The notes under the pieces are model-generated. The model was not told the origin of the DNA, did no database searches, and saw only the letters and a program-made list of their open reading frames with translations. Below are positions 33,752 through 43,122 of a DNA stretch of 53,336 nt, one piece after another. The position numbers and the translations under genes are program-made. This DNA is from Patescibacteria group bacterium (GTDB taxonomy: Bacteria > Patescibacteriota > Microgenomatia > UBA8517): NCBI GenBank assembly GCA_022562395.1, contig JADFPI010000003.1, positions 1 through 53,336 of the forward strand, written 5' to 3'. Positions within the stretch are counted from its first letter, which is position 1. Each line of letters opens with the position of its first letter.

Positions 33752-36409
33752 TTATCGCTCGGTGCGTGCTGCCGGCTCAAGAATTCTTCCTCTTTTTTTT
33801 AATTTTTCCTTTTCTTCTTCTATTTTAATAATCTCTTCTAATCGACAGACCGTCTTAGGTTGGTTTTCCTCCAAAAACCACTCGACTCTTGTTGGGCAGC
33901 CTTCGCAGGACAATGTGCCAGTCAGGGTGCACACGGGTACTTGAACGAGTCCTGGAGGTACTGGCCAATCGTCGTTTGGTTTCTGGGCCAAAAGAGCACT
34001 CATTATTTTATTGAATATCGGCGAGGCTCCGGTTACTCCTGAGGCAACCCTGGCCATGGGAGAATTATCGTTGTTTCCAACCCAAACTGCCACCAGGTAG
34101 TCTTGGTTAAACCCAATTGTCCAGTTATCCCGAAGGTCGTTGCTGGTGCCGGTTTTGACGGCAACCTCATTGTGGTTTGGTATGACTAATTGAGAAAAAC
34201 TTCCAAATGACGGTGCGCGTGCATCATTATCTTTTAAGATGTCAATTAAAAGGAAAGCTACTCGGCTGTCAAGAACTTGTTCGCCCTCACAATTGAGTTT
34301 AGCTACCCCAGCAGCTTCTACCTCTTCCACCAGATCTGCCTTTCCTAAAATGCATTCATTTTGGTTGAGAACTTTTCCCTTATAATTAGCAACTTTTAAA
34401 ATAGAGGACAATTCAGACTGCCTTCCGTAATTAGCTAAGGTAGTGTAAGCACGGGCTAGGTCGATTAATTTAACTTCGCCTCCTCCCAGAGTTAAGGACA
34501 GTCCATATCTTGATGGGTCATTCCAGGTGGTTATTCCCATTTTTTGTCCCATTTCAATCATGTTTTTTACGCCGTATGACGCCAAAACCTTAACAGCCGG
34601 GACATTTCTGCTTTCGGCGAGGGCGTTTCTTAAAGAAAGATTTCCGCGGAATTTTCCATCGTAGTTTTTTGGTGAGTAAGGGGGCTGTCCGGCAACGGAG
34701 AAAGTGACTGGGGTGTCGGCCAGTATTGTTGCCGGAGTGTAACCGTTTGATAGAGCATAGGCATAATTAACTATTTTGATGGCCGAGCCCGGCTGTCTTG
34801 GCCTTACAGTTACATTTACGTTTCCGTCGGCCTCAAGATCGAAATAATCTTTTGACCCCACCATTGCCAAAATCTCACCCGTTTTTGTATTCACTACCAA
34901 AGCTGCCCCATTGGTTACATTCAAATTTCTAATTTTTTTGATTTCTTCTGAAACGACCCGCTCGGCGAGCTTTTGAATCGAATAATCCAAGGTGGTAACC
35001 ACTTCCAGTCCGCCAGTCCCAACAAGCTCTTCTCCAAATTCTTCGGCCAACTTTTCTCTGACATACATAACAAAATGGGGGGCTTCAATATCAACTCTAT
35101 TTGGGGCGAATTTGAGTTCGTGATTTAAAACTTCCTCTGCCTGCTTTTTGTTAATAAAGCCATTGGCTACCATTAGACTAACAACTTCTTTTTGCCGCTG
35201 ACGAGAGAGTTCCGGATTCGGACCAAAAGGAGAATGGCGGGTTGGGCTTTTGGGAAGACCTGCTAAAAGAGAAGCCTCGGCGAGTGAGAGTTTGTTGACG
35301 TCTTTGCCAAAGTAAACGCGGGATGCTTCTTGGATTCCGTAGGCAGTTCCGCCATAAGAGACCTCATTTAGATACATTTCCAAGATTTCATCTTTGCTGA
35401 AGCTAAACTCAACCGCGATTGCTAAAACTAGTTCTCTTAATTTTCGAACTAAAGTTTTTTCTGAAGACAAAAGGGCGTTTTTTACAAGCTGTTGGGTTAT
35501 TGTTGAGCCACCGGAGAGTTCTCCGCGCCTTATATTTCGAATGGTTGCCCGCAGGATTCCTTTTATAGAAAAACCCGGATGCGTATAAAATTCTGCGTCT
35601 TCAATGGCAATGGTTGCCAGTCTTACCTCAAGAGGAATTTCTTGTAGTGGAACTAAGGTTCTATTTTTATCTTTGTAAATTTTGTAAAGCAGTTTTCCCT
35701 CTCTGTCGTAAATTTTTGTCGATACCTCAAGCTCTCTTGTTACCAGCTCGTTAGGTGACGGTAAATCGCGCAAAACAAGCCACCAGGTGGCAAACCCAAA
35801 TAAGGTAATTCCCAGGAGGAAAGTCGTAGCAAATAGTATCGGTTTTTGCCTGATTCTTGGAAGCTTTATTCTGAACTTGGAAGCCCTAATCAGCCAGAGC
35901 TTTAGTTTTAAGAGAAGAAGGAAAGCTAGCGATTTTGGTTTTTCAAGTGTAGTTAGAGGTATTTTTGGAAGAGAAATTCTTGGTGGTTTTATTTTGAGCG
36001 AGAGTACCACGCGATTTATCGCGTGGATGAGAGCGAAAAACAAATTTTTCTGCTTGCTGAATACCGCGGCTTTTAAGCCGCGGTAGTTTATTTCGGAGGC
36101 CATTTTTGCAATGAGCTTAAAGAAGTTGGCTAGAATTTGGACTAAGTTAATAGTCGTGTGGCCAATAAAAGCAATGAAGACCAGTAATAGTTTGAAAAAG
36201 TTAACGCTGAATATTCTGGTTGAGCGCCCGAGCCAATAGGAGATAGAAAGGAAAGCGATTATTATGCCCGAGAGAAGAAGGTAGAGTGGTTTGCCAATAG
36301 AAACCAGTATCCTCCCCAGAGTTTGGAGGATTTTTCTTGTTAGTTCTGGGGCAAGTTTAACATTTGGTTTTCCCTGCCTGTTGACAGACAGGTTTTGGCG
36401 GTTAGCCAC
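33752..36409 (-). CDS. Class A penicillin-binding protein (transglycosylase-transpeptidase) with long N-terminal extension
   Basis: IEDAEF, GGSTITQQLVKN, RKLRE, RQPGSAIK, SRN, KTGT. Confidence 0.93.
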   Translation of the reverse strand: MANRQNLSVNRQGKPNVKLAPELTRKILQTLGRILVSIGKPLYLLLSGIIIAFLSISYWLGRSTRIFSVNFFKLLLVFIAFIGHTTINLVQILANFFKLIAKMASEINYRGLKAAVFSKQKNLFFALIHAINRVVLSLKIKPPRISLPKIPLTTLEKPKSLAFLLLLKLKLWLIRASKFRIKLPRIRQKPILFATTFLLGITLFGFATWWLVLRDLPSPNELVTRELEVSTKIYDREGKLLYKIYKDKNRTLVPLQEIPLEVRLATIAIEDAEFYTHPGFSIKGILRATIRNIRRGELSGGSTITQQLVKNALLSSEKTLVRKLRELVLAIAVEFSFSKDEILEMYLNEVSYGGTAYGIQEASRVYFGKDVNKLSLAEASLLAGLPKSPTRHSPFGPNPELSRQRQKEVVSLMVANGFINKKQAEEVLNHELKFAPNRVDIEAPHFVMYVREKLAEEFGEELVGTGGLEVVTTLDYSIQKLAERVVSEEIKKIRNLNVTNGAALVVNTKTGEILAMVGSKDYFDLEADGNVNVTVRPRQPGSAIKIVNYAYALSNGYTPATILADTPVTFSVAGQPPYSPKNYDGKFRGNLSLRNALAESRNVPAVKVLASYGVKNMIEMGQKMGITTWNDPSRYGLSLTLGGGEVKLIDLARAYTTLANYGRQSELSSILKVANYKGKVLNQNECILGKADLVEEVEAAGVAKLNCEGEQVLDSRVAFLLIDILKDNDARAPSFGSFSQLVIPNHNEVAVKTGTSNDLRDNWTIGFNQDYLVAVWVGNNDNSPMARVASGVTGASPIFNKIMSALLAQKPNDDWPVPPGLVQVPVCTLTGTLSCEGCPTRVEWFLEENQPKTVCRLEEIIKIEEEKEKLKKRGRILEPAARTER

Positions 36410-36501
36410 TTCAGCCTATATTGTAGCAAGTGAAACAAGATTGTTGAAGGGTTATTTTATCGGCCGAGTGGGTATCTGAAAGCAGCTTGTAAGGTACTAT
36501 G

Positions 36502-38751
36502 CTAGTTTTGAATGGGGTATCTGATAGTGACAGGTTGGATGGGTAGTGCACAGTCTAGGCAATACATTGCCCCGAGTGGGTCAAAAAGGACTTTGTGGCT
36601 TTGCATTTCGGTTTGCTCCGGCGGTGTTTCTCCTGATGCCGGCGCACCGGTGGTTTTATCAATAGGAATATCTCTTTGGCCGCCTTCAATGGAAGATGCA
36701 ACTGTTCCTTTCAAAAAGTATTCAAAACGTGTTGGACATCCCGGGTCGGCAGTAGAGCTTTCTGGAAGAACCCCGGTTGTGGCGCAAACTGTTGCACCGA
36801 TAATTGTGTCCGGCTGTTTTGGCCAAGCGTGGCCCTCTTCTTTCTCATCGTAAAAACCGTCTTCGGCTTTATCCAGTGCCTCGCCAATTACACGATTCCA
36901 AATAGGAGAGGCACCAGAAACTCCAGATACGGCCCCGCTCATTGGAGCATTGTCGTTATTTCCGACCCAGGAAACAACCAGCACGTAGGGGGTAAAGCCG
37001 ATGGTCCAATTGTCGCGCCTGTCATTGGTAGTCCCGGTTTTGACGGATACTTCTGGGTGGCCGCGGACATTAAGAAGCGAACCTCCTCCAAAAGCCGCAC
37101 TCCTTGCATTATTGTCGTGCAGAATATGCGATATCAGAAATGTCACATCGGGAGTTAATACTCTGTCTCCTTCAAGTTCCTCAAAATCAACCTCCTCTAG
37201 TACTTTTCCTTTCCAATCTTCTACTTTTAGAACAGAAATTAAAGGTTGTTTTATTCCGGAGTTGGCAAATACGCCGAAGGCAACTGCCATGTCATATGGC
37301 GTTACTTCTCCGCCTCCCAGGGTAATGGAAAGTCCGTAATTTGACGGGTCGGTGAAGGTAGTTATACCTAAAAGACGGGCAAACTCGACAAAGTTTTCAA
37401 TCCCATTTAGGGCAATAACTTTTACGGCAGGAAGGTTATAAGAGTTTCCTAGGGCAAATCTCGCTTGGACAAGTCCGTGGAATTCGCCATCATAATTTCT
37501 CGGGCAATAGAGAGGCTGTCCCACTACCGAAAAGCAAGTCGGCACGTCTGCAAGAGCAGTTGAGAGTGTAATTTTTTTATCCCTAAGTGCCAGGGCATAA
37601 TTTAGAGGTTTTATGGCCGAGCCCGGCTGCCTTTTTGCTAAAGTTACATTTACTTTTCCGTCTTCGTCTTGGGCAAAGTAGTCTTTTGAACCGACCATGG
37701 CCAGAATCTCACCCGTTTTTGGCCTGGTCACCAGGGCTGCTCCGTTTCCCACATTGTACTGGTTAAGTTCTTCTACTTCTTCTGCCACCGCTTGCTGGGC
37801 AAAATCTTGTAAATCCAAATCAAGGGTGGTGGTTACTCTTAAGCCTCCTTGTTCGACCATAACCTCTCCGTATTTCTCAACTAGCTTCTCTTTCACCCAG
37901 AGGGCAAAATGAGGAGCTTTCGGTGCCTCGACTTCTGCAAATTTAAGCTCTTCTTGAAGGGCACTATCTGCCTCCTCTTGGGTTATATAGCTGTCTTCGA
38001 CCATTCGTCTTAGAACCGCCTCCTGGCGCGTTTTGGCGCTTTCAGGGCGAGCTCCGAACGGCGAATAGCGAGTGGGTGCCGCCGGTAGGCCAGCTAAAAG
38101 CGTTGCTTCTGCCAAGGTGAGGTCCTTGGCGGCTTTATCAAAGTAAAGCTCGCTTGCCGCCTCTATTCCGTAGGCAGTTGAGCCGTATGGTATTTGGTTT
38201 AGGTACATCTCTAAGATTTGATCTTTTGTATAAAGCATCTCCACTATCATTGATAAAACAAACTCTCTTATCTTTCTTCTAACTGTTCTTTGCGGAGTTA
38301 AAAGAGTATTTTTTACAAGCTGTTGTGTTAGGGTTGAACCTCCTTGCAGTTTTTGTTTAAACACAATATTGTAGGCGGCTCTGGTTATTCCGGCTAAAGA
38401 AAAACCGCGGTGTTTGTAAAAATCTTTGTCTTCAATTGCGATAGTTGCTTGAGGAGTGTAATCAGGGAGTTCTTCAATTTCAATGGGTGTTCTTCTTTTG
38501 TCTGCATATATTTCAAAAATTAATTTAGAGTTTCTGTCAAAAAGTTTAGTCGAGACTGGATATTGTTTGGAGGTAAGGGTTGTAGGCAAGGGCACTCCCC
38601 AGAAAAGCCATAAAGAAACCGATATAAGAGTTGCAAAGAAGATAAGCCCTTTAAGGGCGCGCCTTCCTTTAAAAAATTTTGGAAAAGGAAGACCTCGCTT
38701 TTTCTGTGTCTTTTTCTTGATAACTTTCTTTTTTCGCTTTTTTTTGGCCAT
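36502..38751 (-). CDS. Class A penicillin-binding protein
   Basis: IEDKDF, GGSTLTQQLVKN, RQPGSAIK, SYN, KTGT. Confidence 0.95.
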   Translation of the reverse strand: MAKKKRKKKVIKKKTQKKRGLPFPKFFKGRRALKGLIFFATLISVSLWLFWGVPLPTTLTSKQYPVSTKLFDRNSKLIFEIYADKRRTPIEIEELPDYTPQATIAIEDKDFYKHRGFSLAGITRAAYNIVFKQKLQGGSTLTQQLVKNTLLTPQRTVRRKIREFVLSMIVEMLYTKDQILEMYLNQIPYGSTAYGIEAASELYFDKAAKDLTLAEATLLAGLPAAPTRYSPFGARPESAKTRQEAVLRRMVEDSYITQEEADSALQEELKFAEVEAPKAPHFALWVKEKLVEKYGEVMVEQGGLRVTTTLDLDLQDFAQQAVAEEVEELNQYNVGNGAALVTRPKTGEILAMVGSKDYFAQDEDGKVNVTLAKRQPGSAIKPLNYALALRDKKITLSTALADVPTCFSVVGQPLYCPRNYDGEFHGLVQARFALGNSYNLPAVKVIALNGIENFVEFARLLGITTFTDPSNYGLSITLGGGEVTPYDMAVAFGVFANSGIKQPLISVLKVEDWKGKVLEEVDFEELEGDRVLTPDVTFLISHILHDNNARSAAFGGGSLLNVRGHPEVSVKTGTTNDRRDNWTIGFTPYVLVVSWVGNNDNAPMSGAVSGVSGASPIWNRVIGEALDKAEDGFYDEKEEGHAWPKQPDTIIGATVCATTGVLPESSTADPGCPTRFEYFLKGTVASSIEGGQRDIPIDKTTGAPASGETPPEQTEMQSHKVLFDPLGAMYCLDCALPIQPVTIRYPIQN

Positions 38752-38795
38752 CGGGGAATTCTATACCCATTAGTCTAAAGAGTATACTACATCAC

Positions 38796-38824
38796 TTGAC
38801 TTAATCGTGGCCAAGCAATACGAT
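38796..38824 (+). promoter_or_regulatory. Sigma70 promoter
   Basis: TTGACT-17 bp-TACGAT upstream of ATG 38842. Confidence 0.5.
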
Positions 38825-38841
38825 AATTTTAGGGTCAGGTT

Positions 38842-39366
38842 ATGGCCGCAAAAGCTAAATCGAATAAATTAATCTACACCCTGGTTGCTTTGGCCGTTTT
38901 CATCTTAGCGGCAGGATACCTTGCCGGAACTTCTTACAGAAAAACCAGGAAAGAGGAAGTTGAGACCCCAAAGGTAGTGGTGCCGGCTGAAGAGCTTCCG
39001 GAAAACGTAAGCCGTGGAAGTATTCAAGAAGCCTCCGGCGGATTTGAAATCGAGCGAGGAGGATTACGGGCATTCCCAAGAGATTTTCCAGTATACCCCG
39101 GAGCTTTGGTCGCCAGTTCTTGGAAGGTGCGAAGTGAGCCTCCTTTTGAGGGCGAAACTGTTGTTTGGGAAGCGGAGGCTTCTATTTCCGACGTTGCTAA
39201 CTTCTACAAAGACGAAATGGAGGATGCTGGTTGGAGCGCGACAGAATTAGCGGTCAATCAAACACCGGCAATGCTTGGTTTTGATAAGGCCCAAACAAAG
39301 GTTTATTTTTGGATTGGCCCCGAGGCTGGAAGCACAGTTGTTCAAGTGACTATAGCAACTAAGTAA
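38842..39366 (+). CDS. Membrane-anchored hypothetical protein
   Basis: N-terminal TM; FPRDFPVYPGA...V..FYK..M...GW pattern. Confidence 0.7.
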   Translation: MAAKAKSNKLIYTLVALAVFILAAGYLAGTSYRKTRKEEVETPKVVVPAEELPENVSRGSIQEASGGFEIERGGLRAFPRDFPVYPGALVASSWKVRSEPPFEGETVVWEAEASISDVANFYKDEMEDAGWSATELAVNQTPAMLGFDKAQTKVYFWIGPEAGSTVVQVTIATK

Positions 39367-39379
39367 GGGCCTCTAGCCA

Positions 39380-39913
39380 ATGAAACTTCAACTAGAAAAA
39401 AAGGCTTGGTGGGAGTACCTTGAGCATGATCTTCAAGAGCTACTACAGCAATCACTCTTATTATCTGAAATTGCTAAAAAGTGGGGAAGGGATCCTTCGG
39501 CCCATTCGACAAGCTCAGGACAGGAATTCCACGATTATGCATTTGTCGTTTTTCCAGCAGCTAAAGCTTACGAAGGATTTTTGAAAAAGCTTTTTTTGGA
39601 TTTGGGGTTTATTACCGAAAACGATTATTATGGAAAGCGGTTTCGTGTTGGTAAGGCACTAAATCCTTCTTTGCCTTCTAGGTTAAGGAAAAGGGAAGGT
39701 GTTTATGATAAGCTAGTTGATTTTTGCGGGAATGAAAATTTGGCAGACAAACTTTGGCACACTTGGAAAAAAGGAAGAAATTTAGTATTTCATTGGTTTC
39801 CAAATGAGAAAAATGCGGTTGACATGAATGAGGCGGTTGATAGGCTAAACATGATTGTTGACGCTATGGATTCTGCTTTTAAAGAGTGTAAAATGGACAA
39901 AGATGCCAGCTAA
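39380..39913 (+). CDS. RNase LS/RnlA-like HEPN domain protein
   Basis: DYAFVVFPAAKAYEGFLKK helix and RNLVFH (Rx4H) motif. Confidence 0.6.
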   Translation: MKLQLEKKAWWEYLEHDLQELLQQSLLLSEIAKKWGRDPSAHSTSSGQEFHDYAFVVFPAAKAYEGFLKKLFLDLGFITENDYYGKRFRVGKALNPSLPSRLRKREGVYDKLVDFCGNENLADKLWHTWKKGRNLVFHWFPNEKNAVDMNEAVDRLNMIVDAMDSAFKECKMDKDAS

Positions 39914-40562
39914 AAAGCAAATCAATTTAGAAAGATTGAAAAATGCAATAAGCCTGGCCGCGTTTTTGCTGGTTGCTTGGGGTTTTTATAGGTTTCTTTT
40001 CCAGTTTCCGGAAGAAATTGAAGAACTCATTATTAAGCCAATAGTTTGGCTCGGGGCAACTTATTATTTTGTAAAGAAAGAGCGCGCCAAGGCGTCATCG
40101 CTAGGGATAACCAGCAAAAATCTTTTTCCGGCCATTTATTTATCGCTTGCTCTTGGTGCTGTGTTTGTAATTGAAGGGTTGGTTATTAATTTTGTCAAGT
40201 ATGGAAGCTTTAATTTTGCCGCCAACATTGGCCAAAAGGCACTCTTTGCAGCCTTGGGGCTATCTTTTGCCACCGCAATATCTGAGGAGATTACCTTTAG
40301 GGGTTATATTTTCAATCGTGTTTGGAAGACGCTCAATAATGAAATTTTGGCCAATTTATCAACCAGTTTATTGTGGGCTTTAATCCATGTTCCAATTACA
40401 ATCTTTGTCTGGAAGCTTTCCCTTGGAGCAGCTTTGCTTTATCTTTTGTTAACAACCATTTTTGGGATAGGGAGTGCCTTTGTTTTTGCCAGGACAAAAA
40501 ACGTTACCTCATCAATTCTTCTTCATGTTTTATGGGAATGGCCGATAATTTTGTTTAGATAG
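39903..40562 (+). CDS. CPBP (CAAX/Abi) intramembrane metalloprotease
   Basis: EEITFRG, WALIH, ILLH; start overlaps the upstream gene. Confidence 0.88.
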   Translation: MPAKKQINLERLKNAISLAAFLLVAWGFYRFLFQFPEEIEELIIKPIVWLGATYYFVKKERAKASSLGITSKNLFPAIYLSLALGAVFVIEGLVINFVKYGSFNFAANIGQKALFAALGLSFATAISEEITFRGYIFNRVWKTLNNEILANLSTSLLWALIHVPITIFVWKLSLGAALLYLLLTTIFGIGSAFVFARTKNVTSSILLHVLWEWPIILFR

Positions 40563-40575
40563 AACTTAGCTCTTC

Positions 40576-41223
40576 TTAGCTACGCTTTTTTAGCAACTGA
40601 CGCGGTATTGATTTCAAAATTAGCGTTGCAGTTAAAACTAGGACTTTTAAATCGACAAAGAGGGACCCATTCTCGACATAGTCTATATCCAACCTCATCC
40701 ACTCATCAAAGCTTAAATTATGAGCACCTTTTACAACCCAGTTGCTTGTGATGCCTGGCTTAACAAGTTCTCTTTCCTTCTGGCTCGGAGTGAGTTTCTT
40801 TGCTTCGGGAACCGGAAGAGGTCTAGGGCCAACCAAACTCATATCACCTTTTAAGACATTTATGAGTTGCGGTAACTCATCTAGCCCAGTTCTGGCTAAG
40901 AATTTACCCACGTTGGTAAATCTAGGGTCGTCCTTAATTTTAAATACAGGGCCATCGGCCTCGTTTAAGTGACGGTATCTCCACTTAAGGCGCTCGGCTC
41001 CCAATACCATCGTTCTAAACTTTATGAATGTAAACACTCGGCCATCTTTACCAACTCTTTTTTGGGTAAAAAAAACAGGGCCCTTTGAGGTAAGTTTTAT
41101 CATAATCGAAATAACAATTAGGATTGGGGAAAGTGCAACAAGCCCAAAGACCGAAAGTATAAAGTCAAATAGTTTTTTTTCAAAAGAGAAATGGTAGGGA
41201 GATGGTATTAATTTATTTGTCAC
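40576..41223 (-). CDS. Polyprenyl-phosphate sugar phosphotransferase (priming GT)
   Basis: GPVFFTQKRVG, KFRTM, DPRFT, LDELPQL.NVL.GDMSLVGPRP. Confidence 0.95.
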   Translation of the reverse strand: MTNKLIPSPYHFSFEKKLFDFILSVFGLVALSPILIVISIMIKLTSKGPVFFTQKRVGKDGRVFTFIKFRTMVLGAERLKWRYRHLNEADGPVFKIKDDPRFTNVGKFLARTGLDELPQLINVLKGDMSLVGPRPLPVPEAKKLTPSQKERELVKPGITSNWVVKGAHNLSFDEWMRLDIDYVENGSLFVDLKVLVLTATLILKSIPRQLLKKRS

Positions 41224-41264
41224 AACGAAAGTATAACTTGATAAGCAAGCTTTGCGCGGCTGTA

Positions 41265-41942
41265 TTAATTAGAAGACAATATATCGTTAATCTCAGCTTC
41301 CCAAGTGCCGACCGGTGAAGGAGATTGTAACTTTATGTTCTGATACAAAAATTCTATGCAATGATCCCTTGGGTGCTCGAAAGTTAGACAATAATCTATA
41401 GTTGAAGTTGCTTTGTTGATATTATCCTGTGTCAGATAGAAGTTAGCTAACTCTACGTGCAGATAACTCAACTCAGGAGCTAGGTTGACACCTATTTCCC
41501 AAAAAGGAATCATTAAATCAAGCTCATTATTTTGAAAAGCTATAAGACCGAGAGAATAGAAAGGTTTAGACCATTTTGTAGCGTAAGATTCTGAAAGCTG
41601 CTCGTAATCTACGGTTTTGAGATATTCGGCAAAGTCTTTTTTCAGTTTATTGTTATCAGGCAATGGAGGTAGAACAAAAGAATCGTCTAGGTTCATGTCA
41701 GGGTACTCATATGCTATCTCAGATTTTAGTTTTATTTCAGCAGCCTTTCCGAGATTTTTGAGAGCTTTTTGCACCCTAGATTTCTGGGCGGAGTTACTTG
41801 CAATCCTAATATAATCGTCAAGCGTTGGCTCAGGTCTATTATTTATTCTGTAGACCAACTCCGATAGAAATAGAAGAAACGTAAAAGCAATAAAAAAAAG
41901 CGTTATTTTTACTATCTTGCTTTTAATTAACTTTTGTCCCAT
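41265..41942 (-). CDS. Membrane-anchored TPR-like hypothetical protein
   Basis: N-terminal TM; helical repeats (LAPE...HVELANFY). Confidence 0.6.
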   Translation of the reverse strand: MGQKLIKSKIVKITLFFIAFTFLLFLSELVYRINNRPEPTLDDYIRIASNSAQKSRVQKALKNLGKAAEIKLKSEIAYEYPDMNLDDSFVLPPLPDNNKLKKDFAEYLKTVDYEQLSESYATKWSKPFYSLGLIAFQNNELDLMIPFWEIGVNLAPELSYLHVELANFYLTQDNINKATSTIDYCLTFEHPRDHCIEFLYQNIKLQSPSPVGTWEAEINDILSSN

Positions 41943-41999
41943 TTATTACTTTCTAATCTTTTTGTCTCAAGGGTACCGAGAATTAGCTGAACCAGCCCG

Positions 42000-43118
42000 T
42001 CATTTATTTAGATTGGCCGCATAAGTTAATTTTGAGACAATGTATTCTTGGTTTCTTTTTGTGAGAAATTGGTGTAAAGGTAAAGATAACACTTCTTTTG
42101 CGGCTTTCTCAGAAAATGGGAAGTCTCCCTTTTTATATCCAAGAGATTTTAAAGAAGGTTGCAAGTGTAAGGATATTGGAAAGTGTATACCGGCTGAGAT
42201 TTTTTTCTTGGCTAAGTAATTTTTTAAAGCAGCTCTTTTTTTGACTCGGATAACATAGACATAAAGTGAAGGCAAGGTACCCGAGGGTAAAATCATTGGT
42301 TCAACTTCTGTTCCTGACAGAAGCTTGTTGTAATATAAAGCCCGCGATAACCTTTTCTTAATATTTTCTTTAATTCGTCTTAATTTTACGGCCAAGATGG
42401 CAGCTTGCAGGCTATCAAGAACAGAGGTGTTTCCAATGACCAAATGTAGGTTTTTGTTCGCGGCAGATCTGCCGTGATTTCTAAGAAGTGATATTTTTTT
42501 ATACAACTCTTTATTACTGGTGGTAATTGCACCTGCGTCACCGTATGCTCCTAAGAGTTTTGCGGCGTAAAATGAAAAACACCCGGTGTCGCCAAATGAG
42601 CCTACCTTCTTGCCTTTATAAGTCGACCCGTGTGCTTGTGCACAATCCTCAATCACATAAAGTTTGTTTTTCTTGGCAATAGCCAAGATTGGATCAATAT
42701 CACACGGTATGCCGTAAAGATGAACCGGGATTATAGCTTTGGTCTCATTGCTGATTGCTTTTCCTATTTTATTAGGATCTATATTCAAAGTTTCTCCGTC
42801 AACATCTACAAATACGGGCTTTGCACCGACTGCAATAATTGCCTCTGCTGTAGCGATGAAGGTGAGGGGAGTAGTTATAACCTCGTCACCGCGTCCAATA
42901 CCTAATGCTTGCAGTGATAGTTTTATTGAAGCGGTTCCAGAGGCAACACCCAAGGCGTGTTTTGTTCCGATAAATCTGGCAAATTCTTTTTCAAATTTCT
43001 CTAGCTCCTCGCCCAGGAAAAATGAGGCTTTGTTAAGTATACGGGCAATGGCCATGTCTATTTCTTTCTTTTGAGACAAATATTCTTGACGCAAATCGAC
43101 CAAAGGGTAAGATTTCAT
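42000..43118 (-). CDS. DegT/DnrJ/EryC1/StrS sugar aminotransferase
   Basis: IPVHLYG, IEDCAQAHG, FSFYAAKLLGAYGDAG. Confidence 0.95.
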   Translation of the reverse strand: MKSYPLVDLRQEYLSQKKEIDMAIARILNKASFFLGEELEKFEKEFARFIGTKHALGVASGTASIKLSLQALGIGRGDEVITTPLTFIATAEAIIAVGAKPVFVDVDGETLNIDPNKIGKAISNETKAIIPVHLYGIPCDIDPILAIAKKNKLYVIEDCAQAHGSTYKGKKVGSFGDTGCFSFYAAKLLGAYGDAGAITTSNKELYKKISLLRNHGRSAANKNLHLVIGNTSVLDSLQAAILAVKLRRIKENIKKRLSRALYYNKLLSGTEVEPMILPSGTLPSLYVYVIRVKKRAALKNYLAKKKISAGIHFPISLHLQPSLKSLGYKKGDFPFSEKAAKEVLSLPLHQFLTKRNQEYIVSKLTYAANLNK

Positions 43119-43122
43119 GGCT

